DNA from: Octopus sinensis | Lineage: Eukaryota | Reading direction: 5' to 3' | Assembly (NCBI RefSeq): GCF_006345805.1 | Contig: NC_043004.1 | Span: 62,000,001 to 62,064,000 of the forward strand | DNA: 64,000 nt | Shown here: positions 13,691 through 26,700 of the stretch, piece by piece | Numbering within the stretch: position 1 is the first letter of the stretch | How the letters are laid out: the number at the start of each line of letters is the position of its first letter | Translations under genes and position numbers: made by a program | The notes under the pieces: model-generated | What the model saw: only the letters and a program-made list of their open reading frames with translations | Told to the model about the DNA's origin: nothing | The model's database searches: none

Positions 13691-13945
13691 ACCTAATATC
13701 CAAGAGCTCAGACTGCCTAAAGTAAACAAGGATCTGCAACCAAAAGCCCTACCATACATCAATCACTACTGTTGCAACCCAAAAGGTCACTTTTAGGTCA
13801 TTTGATCATTTCCGAGGATTCCACCAACATCCCACATGTGTCATCTCACTCCCATATTTTTATTTTTCCTGCTCTTTCCGTTGTCGTCGTCGTCGTCTTC
13901 TTCTCCTTCTCCTTCTTCTCTTCTTCTTCTTCTTCTTCTTCTTCT

Positions 13946-13980
<35 letters not shown>

Positions 13981-14295
13981 TTCCTCTTCCTCTTCTTCTT
14001 CTTCTTCGCTCCCTTCTTCGGCAACTACTGCTGCTTCTACAAACAAAACCAAGAACTCATATCAAATATTCTTTTAGGACTGGGGCTACCTAATACCTGC
14101 TAACAAGCAAACAAAAGAGTAAAAAAGAGAGTAAAAAGAAAAATGTCCCTTGTATTTGAAAACAATGGAAATATTTTGGAAAAGCATTTGATTTAATTTT
14201 TCCACAGTTTTAATTTCTTTCGTTCTCCACTCGAAGTTGAAAACGTCGCAAATATTAGAATCGTTACTAAAATCTTCTAAATGAAATTGCTTTAG
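13690..14295 (+). mobile_element. Internally deleted copy of the same PLE family, head-to-head with the previous element
   Basis: PNIQELRLPKVNKDLQPKALPYI mirrors LNVHEIRHTKLQEDLQPKALPYI. It then jumps to 3' UTR blocks (GCAACTACTGCTGCTT, AAATGTCCCTTG.ATTTGAAAAC) and (TTC)n 13897-14006. Confidence 0.8.
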
Positions 14296-14313
14296 AGAAT
14301 ATATATGTGTGTG

Positions 14314-14377
<64 letters not shown>

Positions 14378-14639
14378 TGTGTCTGTGTATGTTTGTAAAC
14401 AAGGAATAGCGGTACAAGGCACCAATGTTTGCTGGAATTAACAGTCGATAACGTTGCTTTATTTGGATGTAAAGTGATGCTATTGTATTGCAATAATATT
14501 TAAAATATCTATACATGTATGTATGGATGTATTTAAGTATGTATGTATATTATAGTCGACATAGAATTTTGCATGCATATTTATATCTGTATGTATGTGA
14601 GTGCATATATGAACACACACCCACAAACATATATCTTTT

Positions 14640-17060
14640 ATCTGTTACTGTTTTCAGGCCAGGGCTGAGTTGAAGCTTGTACACCACCTATAGTTACTCG
14701 GTGGTGTTTCCGATATTGATTTTGGTGAAGTAGCGAGTTGCACGAAGCTACTGGTCTTTGTGTTTCTTACCGCGATGTGGGTTCATCGTGTATCTCAGAT
14801 AGAAACCTGTCCGGACGTTTCTTGAAAACTTTTACATCCAAAACTTGTAGATGTCTGACGCTGCTTGAACAATTACGGGACCTTGAAACTCAAACTGTCC
14901 TCAGAATCTATGCAGCGATACGGCTGCAGAGTGTTGCCATCTTTGTAATATGCAAATGGAATGTTTTATCATTGCTCATGTGAACCGCCAGGGCATGCAC
15001 CGAATCTGACTCCTAGTTCCTTACGTCTGGTTCAGTGATTTTAGCATGATTTTAGACAGATAGTTGAGTTCCTGAAATTTCATAGCATTGAATTGCCTGT
15101 TATTTTTGTGAGCCCGTTTGGAGATTTTGTTCAGGTGTTTCCGAAGTTTTATGATATCTTATGGGCAGTGGCTTCAGTACAGTTCTCCGTGGTACTAAGC
15201 AGAGGACTGGTATCTCTTCAGAGTGAGCACCGTTGGCTAAAACTGTCTCAAATCTGCCTTTCAGAAAGTCATGATGCCACTTTCCCAGTTTCCCGGCAAT
15301 ACCAAGGTTTCGTAGCTTGTGACATATCATGCCATGATCAACTGTGTCGAAAGCCTTGGCAAAGGGATACAATGTCTACAACGTCTACAACTGACTGGTG
15401 TAGCTGTTGCTTCAGTACCCAGTGAAAGTGATGCAGCATCTGTGTGATACAGCTCCTCCTGGACGGAAGCCATGTTGTATGTTTGTGAGAGGGTTGTTTT
15501 TTTCTAGGAATGTGATCAGCCTCTTTCTCACAATGTGTTCCATTGACGAGCGAATATGTGAGGTCAGAGAGATGGGCTTGTAGTTAGCATCTGTTCTGCT
15601 CCCTCCTTTACTTTATAGCCAGTGCATATTATGTTTTGGGAATTTACCACATACCTGCAAGAAGCTCTGAAAGAGTATCTGCCGTGGCTTTGAAAGAGCT
15701 TTTTACATGTCTTTAAGAGAACAGCTAGGAGATCATCTGGGCTTGTTGCTGAGTCTCATCTCATTTCATTAATGGACGATATTACATCCTCTTGTGATGT
15801 GCTGATGTAATCGATGGCTGCCCCTTTTCCGTATTGATACATTACATAGAAAAGCACCTTCGGCTTCTTTATTTGCACCCTTTCCAGTAGAGAAATTAAA
15901 ACACTTCGGAATTGTTTATTTAGTGCTTCACTTATCTAGCCCGGGTCTGCAGTATACTCTGGCAGACTCCTTTGCTAACATAGAAGGTTTAAGATTTCAG
16001 AGTTTGATTCTCTAAAAGAGTTCCTCTCTCAGGTGAGATTACAACCTACCATTAAGGTGTTTGTTTAAACAATGCGAGGTCGTTATTCTCCGCCACATGA
16101 GTGTTCTCCCGTCTCGGAGAATGATGCTTTTCCGTATAGTGACGCCTTCTCTGGGACATATTTAATACATAAGACTCGCATTATTGACATGAATGTATTG
16201 AGTTTCATATCTATGTCTTGCATAGAGGGGCTTTGAGGCCAGGCCTGTCGGAGTGTCTATTTTTCAAGTCACTTCCAATCAGCCTTATAGAAATGTAGGC
16301 GGGATAGGATTTCAGCGCCATCTGTGCGGAGTTTATCTTAATTAATTATTGGCAGTTCTATCATGTTATGGACTAAGAATATTGTCCGTGATAATTTACC
16401 ACATTGTTTGTAAACAGAGGTCCAGTATATGTTTGTGTCTGTTTCGAGAGAGTATGACCTACTCCATGAATAGCTTTTTTGTATGATCAAGTAGAGATTG
16501 TGTTTGATTCGCTTTTTGCGCGTCATTGCTAGGGTTATATTGACCTCGGGTCACCTGATATTGGGGATTCTGACGTCACCCATCAGGAATATAGCAGTGC
16601 ATTGGTCCAATTGTGTTAGTACTTCCTTTATCGCACTGGAGCTTTCCTAAAATCTTCCATCATGATTTCAGGTATCAGGTGGGCGATCTAGTGTGCATAT
16701 AAAGTTATTATGAATTTACTATGAGAGTTCCACACACCGAGTTCGAGTTCGCCAGCAGTGTTAGTGTGACAGCATCTTGGATGTACATTGCAACTCCACC
16801 TTTGTCTATTCTGTACAGAAGAAAGCATGCATTGGTATGTGTATCTCTGCATCACTTATGTCTGCAGATAAATATATTTCTGTAAGTGCAATGCACTTAG
16901 CTTGATTACATGCAGAAATATACTCCAGATGCTCAATTTTGCATTTGGTATTGTTCTGCAACAGGCCTTTTATATTCATCAGTAGAAATGACGTTACTGT
17001 TGGTGTCTTGAGTGGTTTGGTGGCCAACCCGGGATCATGGTTGTGCTTTTGTCTGTACCC
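14640..17060 (-). mobile_element. Decayed CR1-group LINE ORF2 (APE + RT), older relative of 37945-40160
   Basis: APE start FLLMNIKGL..CIALTEIYL..DAEIHIP (16806-17027) and RT FAKAFDTVDHGMICHKLRNLGIAGKLGKW (15100-15372). Many stops and deletions. Confidence 0.88.
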
Positions 17061-17077
17061 ATGACAACCGTATATAC

Positions 17078-17164
<87 letters not shown>

Positions 17165-17572
17165 CATATATATATAATATAATTACATTTATGTATATTT
17201 ACGTGTAAGTACGATTATGACATTTATTCATTATGTTTTTTTTAATGCGTGTGCATTAATATACATTAGCCCGCATATTATATACGTGTGTCCAAACATC
17301 ACTTCTTTAATAAAATAGATAGTGTTAATGAAATTTTTACATATACGATTCACACGGCAAGTTATATCGGAATTTATTCGTTAATTCGCTTATATATTTG
17401 TAGTGCAAGATCTTTTATGTGAAGTCGTGTGTTGAAACAGATATTGTTATATTTCGGAATGCTCATTTTGCCAGTTTAGCCAATAAAAACACACGCACTA
17501 TATATTTGGTGTTATTTTGCTTCAGTGATATTTATAAATTTTTTTTTTTTACATTAATCTTAATCTTATTTC

Positions 17573-17617
17573 GGCCAAAGTTCTTTCGTCACACTCCTGT
17601 GACCGCATCAGTGGTCC
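17573..17617 (-). ncRNA. Hammerhead-like motif (A9>C variant) in the left inverted arm
   Basis: RC: GGACCA-CTGATGC-G-GTCAC aggagt GTGAC-GAAA-GAACT-T-TGGCC. Confidence 0.55.
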
Positions 17618-18413
17618 TTTGTTTTCTTCTTTCTTATTTGTGTCTCTCCTTACTAACCGTCAGCCATTTTGTATTTCTATTGTATGTCTTCATTTGCGCA
17701 CGCTTATATCTCTATGTGCGTCTATGTTTATTTAGTGTGTGTGTGTGGGGGTACCTGTAATATTTGTATCTTCTGTTTATATACGTTCTTGTAATTTGTT
17801 TTTGTTGTTGTTTTTGTTGCAAGGAAGGTAAAAGCTCATCGATTCTGTACCAACACGCCGAACAGGAACACGGGGGATCAATCAACAACATAGAAATTAA
17901 AATATTATCCACACATAGAACAGATGCAATAATCAGACAAATTACAGAAGCTACACACATAATAGAAAATAAACCTGGCCTGAATAGGAATTAGAATGGA
18001 ACACTAACACACACCACAACATATGACGGTAGAGGATCCCGAAAACATAATAAATACACAGATAAATAAACAAATAGAAATAAATAACTATATAAGTTGG
18101 TTTTTTAAATTTATTATTATTATTACTAGTATTGTTGTTATGCATACATACAAGCATATGTAATGATAATAATAAGTGGATGTAAACACATGAACAAAAT
18201 AAGAATAAACAAAAACAACAACAATAAAAACAAATTACATGAACGTATATAAACAGAAGATACAGATATTACAGGCATCACACCCCACACACCCACTAAA
18301 TAAACATAGACGCACATAGAGATATAAGCATGTGCAAATGAAGAAATACAATAGAACTACAAAATGGCTGACGGTTAGTAAGGAGAGACACAAATAAGAA
18401 AGAAGAAAACAAA

Positions 18414-18456
18414 GGACCACTGATGCGGTCACAGGAGTGTGACGAAAGAACTGGCC
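18414..18456 (+). ncRNA. Hammerhead-like motif (A9>C variant) in the right arm
   Basis: GGACCA-CTGATGC-G-GTCAC aggagt GTGAC-GAAA-GAAC-TGGCC, with a 2-nt deletion at the cleavage site relative to the left arm. Confidence 0.5.
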
Positions 18457-19109
18457 GAAATAAGATTAAGATTAAAGTAAAAAATAAATAACACTGAAGC
18501 AAAATATCACCAAATATATAGTGCATGTGTTTTTATTGGCTAAACTGGCAAAATGACCATTCCGAAATATAACAATATTCGTTAATTCTTTTTTGAAAAT
18601 CAAATGCGATGTGTGCCATTATAAATGTGTGCCCCCCAACCAATTTTTATCATCATCTTAAATGCCGATATGATAATTATATTAAAATTTATTGGCAGTA
18701 TTTCGGCAGAAAATATTCATAGCCCTTTTATAAATGTAGGCTCTTATAAGATAATTGCATTTTATCTTATAGCTCTATGTACCTATACTCTTTCTTACGT
18801 TCGAGGTTCCTTCATGTTGCATCCTTGCAAGTGGTCCACTAAATTAATATTTCATTGTTTCTCAAAAAGGTTAATCTAACTTGTGTATTTATCTGTTCAA
18901 CATAAATAAAATAACATGTACATTGCTGTTAAATATCCATAATTTTTTAAAAGGAATCTCACCTTCAAAACCGTTTAATTGTCCTCAACGACAAAAGTAT
19001 GAATCTTGCAGAGAGGATGGGTACTAAGGGACGACTAAAACAAACACGGGTAATAGCCGCATTGTTTCTTCATCGGCTTCAGTTCAGAGGCTTTTTGCAT
19101 TGGAAGAAA

Positions 19110-19475
19110 GGTGTGCAACGTGTGATCGTCGCATTGACCATGACAGAGGAGGCTTTCTTGAGGATACCTGCTCAGAGACCTATTCAAAGTTGTAGAAAGT
19201 GTATGCAGAAGAATGTAGGATCCACACGAAGTGTACGAGTGGTTCACATGTTTTCAAAATGGTCGAAAAGAGTCGATATTGACGAACGCTCTGGGAGACC
19301 CGCAACCAGCAGAAGTGAGAAGGGCATCGATGTGCGTGTAACTGTAAGGGGAAAACGTCAAACACCAACCCTGAGTTATCAGAGTATGTGCAGTTTGTTT
19401 GCGGTTCAGTTCAGTCCAATATCACTAAAAAATTGGGTACGAGACGCGTGTTTACCAAGTTTGTGCCAAAGTCAA
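19110..19475 (+). mobile_element. Mariner transposase N-terminal relic
   Basis: CAACGTGTGATCGTCGCATTG is shared with ~4791-4811. Translation includes VDIDERSGRPATSRSEK..DVR and LGTRRVFTKFVPK. Confidence 0.78.
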
Positions 19476-19531
19476 TCTGGAACATGGGATTGGGAAGCAA
19501 GACACTCAGCGACTCATGCGCCTATATATAT

Positions 19532-19595
<64 letters not shown>

Positions 19596-19607
19596 ATATA
19601 CATATAA

Positions 19608-19957
19608 GTAATTAAGGTTTAGCAACGATTTGCTTCACCACACACCGAATTTAGAATAGCAGTCAAAGAGTTATAGCTATTCTTTCTACTAAAAGGGACA
19701 TCTCAGTAAAACCACAGCACTTGAAAGGCAAACACAGACAGGCAAGAGAGAAAGAAATGACGGCAATCTATCATACAATTTTAAGTCACCTACGGACGTA
19801 CGTTTCGAAATTAAGTTTTAGGAAAGCATAAGAATTAGATAATTATGTCTTACCCAACTTCTTTTCTCATCAGCGTAGGACACGACAATTATGAATAATT
19901 GTATATTAAATTTCGAGATACTAGAAGGCATCATCTCAACTAGAAGGCATCATCTCA
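19608..19957 (-). mobile_element. Short non-coding HHR-bearing element (PLE pseudo-LTR or retrozyme-like)
   Basis: ~350 bp between two (TA)n tracts, containing an intact HHR. A 19-bp tandem duplication ACTAGAAGGCATCATCTCA (19920-19957) sits at one edge. Confidence 0.6.
19789..19879 (-). ncRNA. Type-I hammerhead ribozyme, intact core, extended stem II
   Basis: RC: CCTACG-CTGATGA-[GAAA..AAGTT..CATAA/TTATG..AACTT..TTTC]-GAA-ACGTACGT-C-CGTAGG. Perfect 6-bp stem I, G10.1-C11.1, palindromic stem III and a GUC cleavage triplet. Confidence 0.9.
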
Positions 19958-20273
19958 TATATATATATGAGAAGAAAATTAATGCAACAAGAATGGGAAA
20001 CTCGTGGTTTTCGCTGGTGTGTCGTACTGCTTCTCCCTTTTTGTTATCTATCTAATAAAAGGCATATCAGCGAAAAACACGAGTTTTCCAATGTTATTAT
20101 ATCCATTTTCTTATCCAATATAACTTAAACTCCGGTTTACATACCGAACCACCTGCTACCGTACAACTTTACAAAAGACCGTGCTTACCCAGCTAATAGC
20201 CAGGAGCGACTCTGGATTAAATATCCCTTAAAGGTATTAAACCCCTCTATATTGATACCTACGCTATATATAT

Positions 20274-20312
<39 letters not shown>

Positions 20313-20954
20313 CTTATATATCGTTTCTGTCAACGTAATTTCCTACGATGGCTGCAATATACTATACATACTGCTAAAAATCCTTTTTTTATGATTCGTT
20401 GAATCGACATTCAGCAATATCAGTAATTAGACCACTGCGTAAAAGGAAAATATGGATCGCCGTATAACGCTCATTTTGTCACTTTATATTTTGAATTCAA
20501 AGTATAGTCGTTTTATCATTGATCTCCAACAATATTGTCTATAATCCATACAGAAAAAAATGCCTGTCTGTGTTTTTAGAGTTGTATTTTACTGAGGTGA
20601 AATACCTGTTCCTAAAACTTTGTTAAATGACTTGCCAATACAATGCTGCTTATTGCCAACGGAATCGTTGAACAGATATCTGTTTCTACTCATTTACGTA
20701 TTCTGTTTATTTTGTTGTGTTGGCAAAGTTATTACGCGTCGTAAGACTACGTTGGACTAGACTAGCGCATTAGCATTTTGAGTAGAGTCTTTCATAGAAT
20801 CAGGATAAATTACAGTATGTTTATTGTAGCTTTATGAATTCGTCCCTCTGAAAGTATAATCTTATTTATAATATATATGAGTGGAAATGACTAATAACAT
20901 CAAAACAATAAAACTGATTATCTTCTGTTTGTTTTAACATATATTGTACTATAT

Positions 20955-21418
20955 ATGGGCACGGACACATTGAAACTCCGACGTCTGGCAGCTGACTTGG
21001 CAGACACCCATAAAATTATCAACCATCGTACAAACAATAACTCTGAGCACCTTTTCAAACTCCACCCATCTAACACCCGTGGACATATTTACAAAGTCAG
21101 AAAACAGCACAGCTCCCATGACTTCAGGAAACATTTTTTCACGCTGAGAGTTGCTGAAGCATGGAACAAACTGCCGGCATCAGTTGTTAGTTGTCGGAGC
21201 ACTGCATCCTTCAAAACGTCCATGCTTTCTGAGATTCGCCAACACTACACCTGATTTTCTCCCCTCCATACACACACAAGCATGTATCTGACTCATGCAT
21301 TGTTCGCTTTCCAGTCATTCTTACATTGCTGCATTTACTTTATATGCACTTTCTGACAAGTTGTGGTGCACCGTAGCACTGTATACAATAATTTCATTAT
21401 TATTATTATTATTATTTT
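20955..21418 (+). mobile_element. CR1-like LINE 3' fragment
   Basis: LKLRRLAADL..HKII..TRGH.YKV..FRKHFFTLRVAEAWNKLPASVV..ASFK is a CR1-type ORF2 C-terminus. The 3' UTR ends in (ATT)n. Confidence 0.88.
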
Positions 21419-22259
21419 AAATATCAACGAATGATAAAATGATAACAATGAATTACTACAACGTGTCCGATTGATTTGCACAAAGTAACATCCAAATCTG
21501 CCTCAGATAACATCCTAGAATTCTGTTTTGATTATAGAAGGAATATTGCGTAATGTCTTACACCTGAAAATAGATTAAATGGACATGAAATTAATATCTT
21601 TAATCATATTTCTTTTCATTGAGCTTTGCGTAGAATTAGAAATAGCGAAATCACATCAATTATAAATGATGTTACACACTGATAATATGTACATTTCTAT
21701 GTACATTCTTGACATTTAAATGTATTTCCATTCCAGTAAATAATATCAATTATTTGACAACGACATGAACTTTCAAGCTGAATGAATATTGTTCCGCACG
21801 TTGACATTACAAAAATTCTTAGTAAAACACAAAATAATACAATGATGAATATCAGAAGAAGAGAACGGGAGAAGGTAGCGAAGGGTGGGAAAGGCAGAAA
21901 TGAGGCAAAGACAAATATGAAATACCTACCGAATCAATGTCTAATGTCAGTTTAAAAATATATTTACTTGACTTCAACAGAATCTATTACACACACGTGC
22001 ATACATGAAATGGGAGATGATTAAATATGAAAATATAAAGATATGTAATAACGCCTAAACACATACACACGCAAACGAACGTATAGCGGCACGCACCCCC
22101 ACACACAGTTATATATATATATATGTATATATATATGTGTGTGTGTGCGTGTGTATGTGTGTATGTATGTACATATACATGTATATTTATAAATGTATAC
22201 ATACATATATATTAATACATAAATACATACATACACACACACGGACACACACACACACA

Positions 22260-22356
<97 letters not shown>

Positions 22357-24166
22357 GGTGGAAATATGTGTATACGAGTGTGACTCTATATCCTGTGTCA
22401 TTTCTAAACATGCGCAGCATAATTTTTTACTCTGATATCATGTTACGCTAACATTCATTTTATATACGAAATGGCATTTGGTATGGAAACAATTTTGTCT
22501 TATATTACAAGATTTCATTGTTTATGTAATCAATTAAATAACAGCCAACATCATCATTGTCATCATCCTCACCTTCACTTTGTGTGAACACTTGAGCACA
22601 TACTTGTTACTTCTAGCTGTTGGAAACAGTAGCCTAATACACTAAAACTTCATTGGTTTTGAAGGAAGGGAAGTACACCTTAGGACACCTTACTAACAGT
22701 TGGAAAAAAGAAACGGTTACAGATGAAATATCGTTGGCCATATAACTGCTTTATGACGGGGGATTAACGAAAACAACAACTATTATTTTCATCATCATAA
22801 TCAACTCCTAACAAACTTAATTATTACAGATGTAGTTGAAAGTAATTAACACCCACATATAGCAAATTCTCAGACAACTTTCGTATGAAAAATTCTTTTT
22901 CTGTAATACCAAACTTGTTTATTCTTTGTAAAATTATAATGTTATATATTTACTATGCAAAATCTGTTTCCAAATCCTGTATATTGTTTAAAGCGGAGCA
23001 CACATATCTCTCTCTGTTACTCCATAAATCATTCCAAAATATTAGTTATATCATATTAAGAGACTCTATGCGAGATTTAGTAGACTTACCATCTTGCTGA
23101 TTTTAATGATGTATCATTCCCACTACCAACCAAACTCTGTATACACGCGAATATTCGATGCACTTCGGGCAGCGAGATGTTGTCAAACAGTTATCATTAA
23201 TGCAGCTGTTATAAAGATGACAGTTAGACGTTGGCATTTACTGATAATCTAAGACAACAGGATGCAATATTTTATCAGCAAAGAAATGTATACACAAGGA
23301 AATAAATAATTATTCCTACCACCAATACCAGATAAATTAGGTGTCCTCTACTATTTGCTTAATCGGTGTTTTAATGAGCATGTGCAGATGGGAGGTAAAT
23401 CACACAAGTAAGAGCCAATATTCTTCATGTTTGATCATGATTAGCAGTTCTCCCCATAAAAAAATACACTCAATATTTCTACGCGAGTTACATTTCTCCG
23501 AATGAAAATCTTCGATTTGGTGGATCAATAGAATGTTTACATAGAATTATTCGCAGACTTTGGTGTCTGAACGACAAAAGCAGGAAGCTAACACCACAAT
23601 TCATTTTGTCTATACCTGTAAGACTTCCGCGAATTATCACTGTAGAAAGGTACCTCGATATTGACCAGGAAATGGTGTCCTGAATCAGCTTGAAAGGAGT
23701 CGGGAAGAAAGAGCATGAGAAAATTTAATCAATACTCGAATGTCTGTAATTCTCTTCTTTAATTCACGTAACTTCGAGGTAATTTTTTTTTTAAATTGAT
23801 AAAATGTTAAGCCACTTAAACTGAATCACCTAGTCAATATTTGTTATTTGATATCTGTACGAATGCAAAACTTAGCAGTTAGAAGTGAGAGATATATAAG
23901 ACGGCATAAGAATTGTCATAATATTTTCATTACGCAACCACTTGCTTACTTGATTTAGGGAACAGTCAAGCTGCACATGATATTACATAGGCATTTCCTA
24001 CGACAAACTAAGGCAATGAAAATTCTTCAGGATTACATTTGTGTATGCGTACGTACATAATACATACATGCATACATAAATTCCCTGTTGATGTTGAAAT
24101 TCCGGCTCTTTGTCTATTGGCAAAAGTTATTCAAATACAACTGAATGACATACACACACGAACACA

Positions 24167-24269
<103 letters not shown>

Positions 24270-24289
24270 TGAATATATATAAATTCAAA

Positions 24290-26700
24290 TGAATAACATG
24301 ATGTATAATTGTCAGTTCATTACAGGTGTTTCGTAATTATATTTTAAATAGAAGGGGGACATTACTCGATTACAAAAACACATAAACACCAGATGAGACG
24401 TAATTTTCCAAACAAAGGAATACAGAATAGTGGTGGCTGATGTCTGTCGTGGCCTACTATGAAATAGGAGAATGACCAACAAAATTGGCCGTTGAGGTAA
24501 GAATATAGTTCTTGAAAGTGTAATATATCTAAGATCAGCGACCCGGATGAGATAGAAGTCTGCTAGACTGGTACTTAGGTTGGCTGTAGTGGGGTGTAGG
24601 TGATATTTTATTGTAGGAAGCTTACTGCAGTGGGAAGCAAGGGGAAGTCCAAATATAAATTAAGGATAAAGAAACACAAGGATAAATAAAGCAAAATAAG
24701 GGTGAAGAAAAATAAAGCATACAAGCCAATTAGGCATAGGGTCGGGGTTTAGGATTCGCTATCTTAAGCTAAAGGATAAAGGGAGGAGCAGAGACATACA
24801 GAATTTAGGGGTGTTCTGTGGATATTAGTTGAATGATTAGGGAAGGTATGAAGGGAATCGAATAATACGATCTAACTTTTAAGGAATTGCGTTAGTAAAA
24901 GTAGAGTTCTACTTATCATTAACGTGTTTAAAGAAGGATGGTCTTATTTAATAAACTACACCTATTATGGAGTTAAAGGAAGTACCTGATCGGTTATCAA
25001 AGAAAGCCAGCAGTAGAGAGTAATATCATAGTTAACAATATAGAATGTTATACAGGTAGCGTTGATACTATTTTATTAGATTGTATAATCACCTTTATGT
25101 GAATCAGGTAAAGCAACTCTAGTCAATAGCCGCAGGTAAGAGGTTTCGATAGTGTGTTCTAGCTATCATTTAACAAGCGCAGCACACATAACCATCTTGG
25201 TGTAAGGATTACTTACCTAGTAGAATTGGAAAAGAATTGGCTAGGGTATGAAAGGTACTACTTGTAGGTTAGATATCTTTGCTATAGTCATTGCATAATA
25301 ACGGGTGCACCACAGATAGATTGGTTAGTTACTTCAATACAGCACACCACGAATATAAAGATTAGTTAGAAGATAATGGTTAAGGTCAACGGGACAAAAA
25401 GGTCTCAGAAATAAATATGAAGATCGATCGTCTATTGAGTCAACAATAGTGGGAGTAGATTAGACTGGCCCTAGGTTAGAAGCTATTATAGAGGTTGTTT
25501 AAAGTCCATAACATATTTTGACGTGAGGGTAGTCTTATGTGTAGAGGAAAGACGAAGGTCTAGCGTATTATTTTGTAGATTTTCACTATTTGATCTCTTT
25601 AAAATTTCAAGTCGCTCCATGCAGCAAAGCCTGCACCCGTATCTCCTGTTTATGTACGGTTTAGGGACTCTAATGGTGTTCCATCTCAAATGAATTTAAC
25701 ATTGTCGTCCTTGAACTCACAAATATTCGTGGTTAGATACGTCCTACCAGCCCTCTGTATTAATTTAAAGGAAGAATAGTGGTTACGTAAGCGACACTTC
25801 AGACTTACGGAGCAACAATATAAGTTTAAGTATTGGTTTCCCTTATATCATGTTTGTAAACCACATTTACTGCTAGAGTTCGAGCAGAAAGTGGGACATG
25901 ATATTTTCTCTAAACAACGGCATCCAATATTTTCTAATACTCGAAATTTATTATTACGGCTACGCGATCCAGCGTTATTACGGCGTAAAATTTTTCCAAC
26001 TTGCGAGGGTTACTGGTGTTCGCTATGGTTTATTTTACTATGGTCAATGTAATCATGATTAATAGCCGAGCTCGGGGCCAGGGAACGCTGGCATTGTCGT
26101 AAGAGATTTGGCTTTCAGATAGTGACGCTAGATAGTCGAGGGTGGGTGGTATAACTGAAAGATTTCGAGCTCAGGTGTTAGTTTTCTGTGCATTCAGCAT
26201 ATCGACGACATGAATGGGAGTAGGTGGGCTGTCATTACAGCTATGGGAGTGTGTTACAGTTGTAGGGAGCGCTTGGTGTGAACTTTAGCTACCACTACTG
26301 GTAGTTGTAGCAGAGTTGTTACAGCGGCCATCCCTTTTAGTGGCAGGATGACTAGTGCCAATATAATAATATATACAAACTGACAGGGCTTGCTCTCTGA
26401 TGGTATAATTGTGTACATTATTAGTGTCGCTTGAGACAGTAGTAATAGGAGGAATACTAATATTATTATTATTGTTTTTCATACTGCGATTTCTCTTTGG
26501 TGCGATGCTGCTAGGGGTATTATTACTACTCCGAGGCATGGATATGTGTTTCTTATTCAGGCCAGCTATAATTTTATCTAGATTGAGGAGTGTTGAGTAG
26601 GAGGCCCTAAAGTTTCTATAATTAGTTTGGATTTTGAGTGAAGAACTTTTGTTTTTATTTTTATTTTCATTTTGTGTTGTCGGTATAGTTACTGTCCATT
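24290..26700 (-). mobile_element. Decayed PLE of a second (Neptune/Naiad-like) type
   Basis: NYRNFRASYSTLLNLDKIIAGLNKKHI (~26540-26625), then NVVYK..LKCRLRNHYSSFK..RWNTIRVPKPY..CRLCCMERLEIL (25486-25900). Long 3' UTR with an HHR relic, ending near (TA)/(CA)n. Clade assignment is by motif recognition only. Confidence 0.72.
24317..24397 (-). ncRNA. Degenerate long-stem-II hammerhead motif
   Basis: RC: TCAT-CTGGTGT-(~53 nt)-GAAAC acct GT-A-ATGA. Stem I, stem III and the GUA site are kept; the core has 2 substitutions. Confidence 0.45.

Larger units (their letters stand above)
17441..18577 (+). mobile_element. 5'-truncated PLE with inverted terminal duplication (inverted pseudo-LTR)
   Basis: 17441-17818 is the reverse complement of 18208-18577. 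The spacer encodes KEGKSSSILYQHAEQEHGGSINNIEIKILSTHRTDAIIRQITEATHIIENKPGLNRN*EW (GIY-YIG C-terminus). Confidence 0.88.

Noticed and set aside
18999-19607. 202-aa ORF as a gene
   Set aside because: A mosaic of mariner relic frames running into (TA)n.
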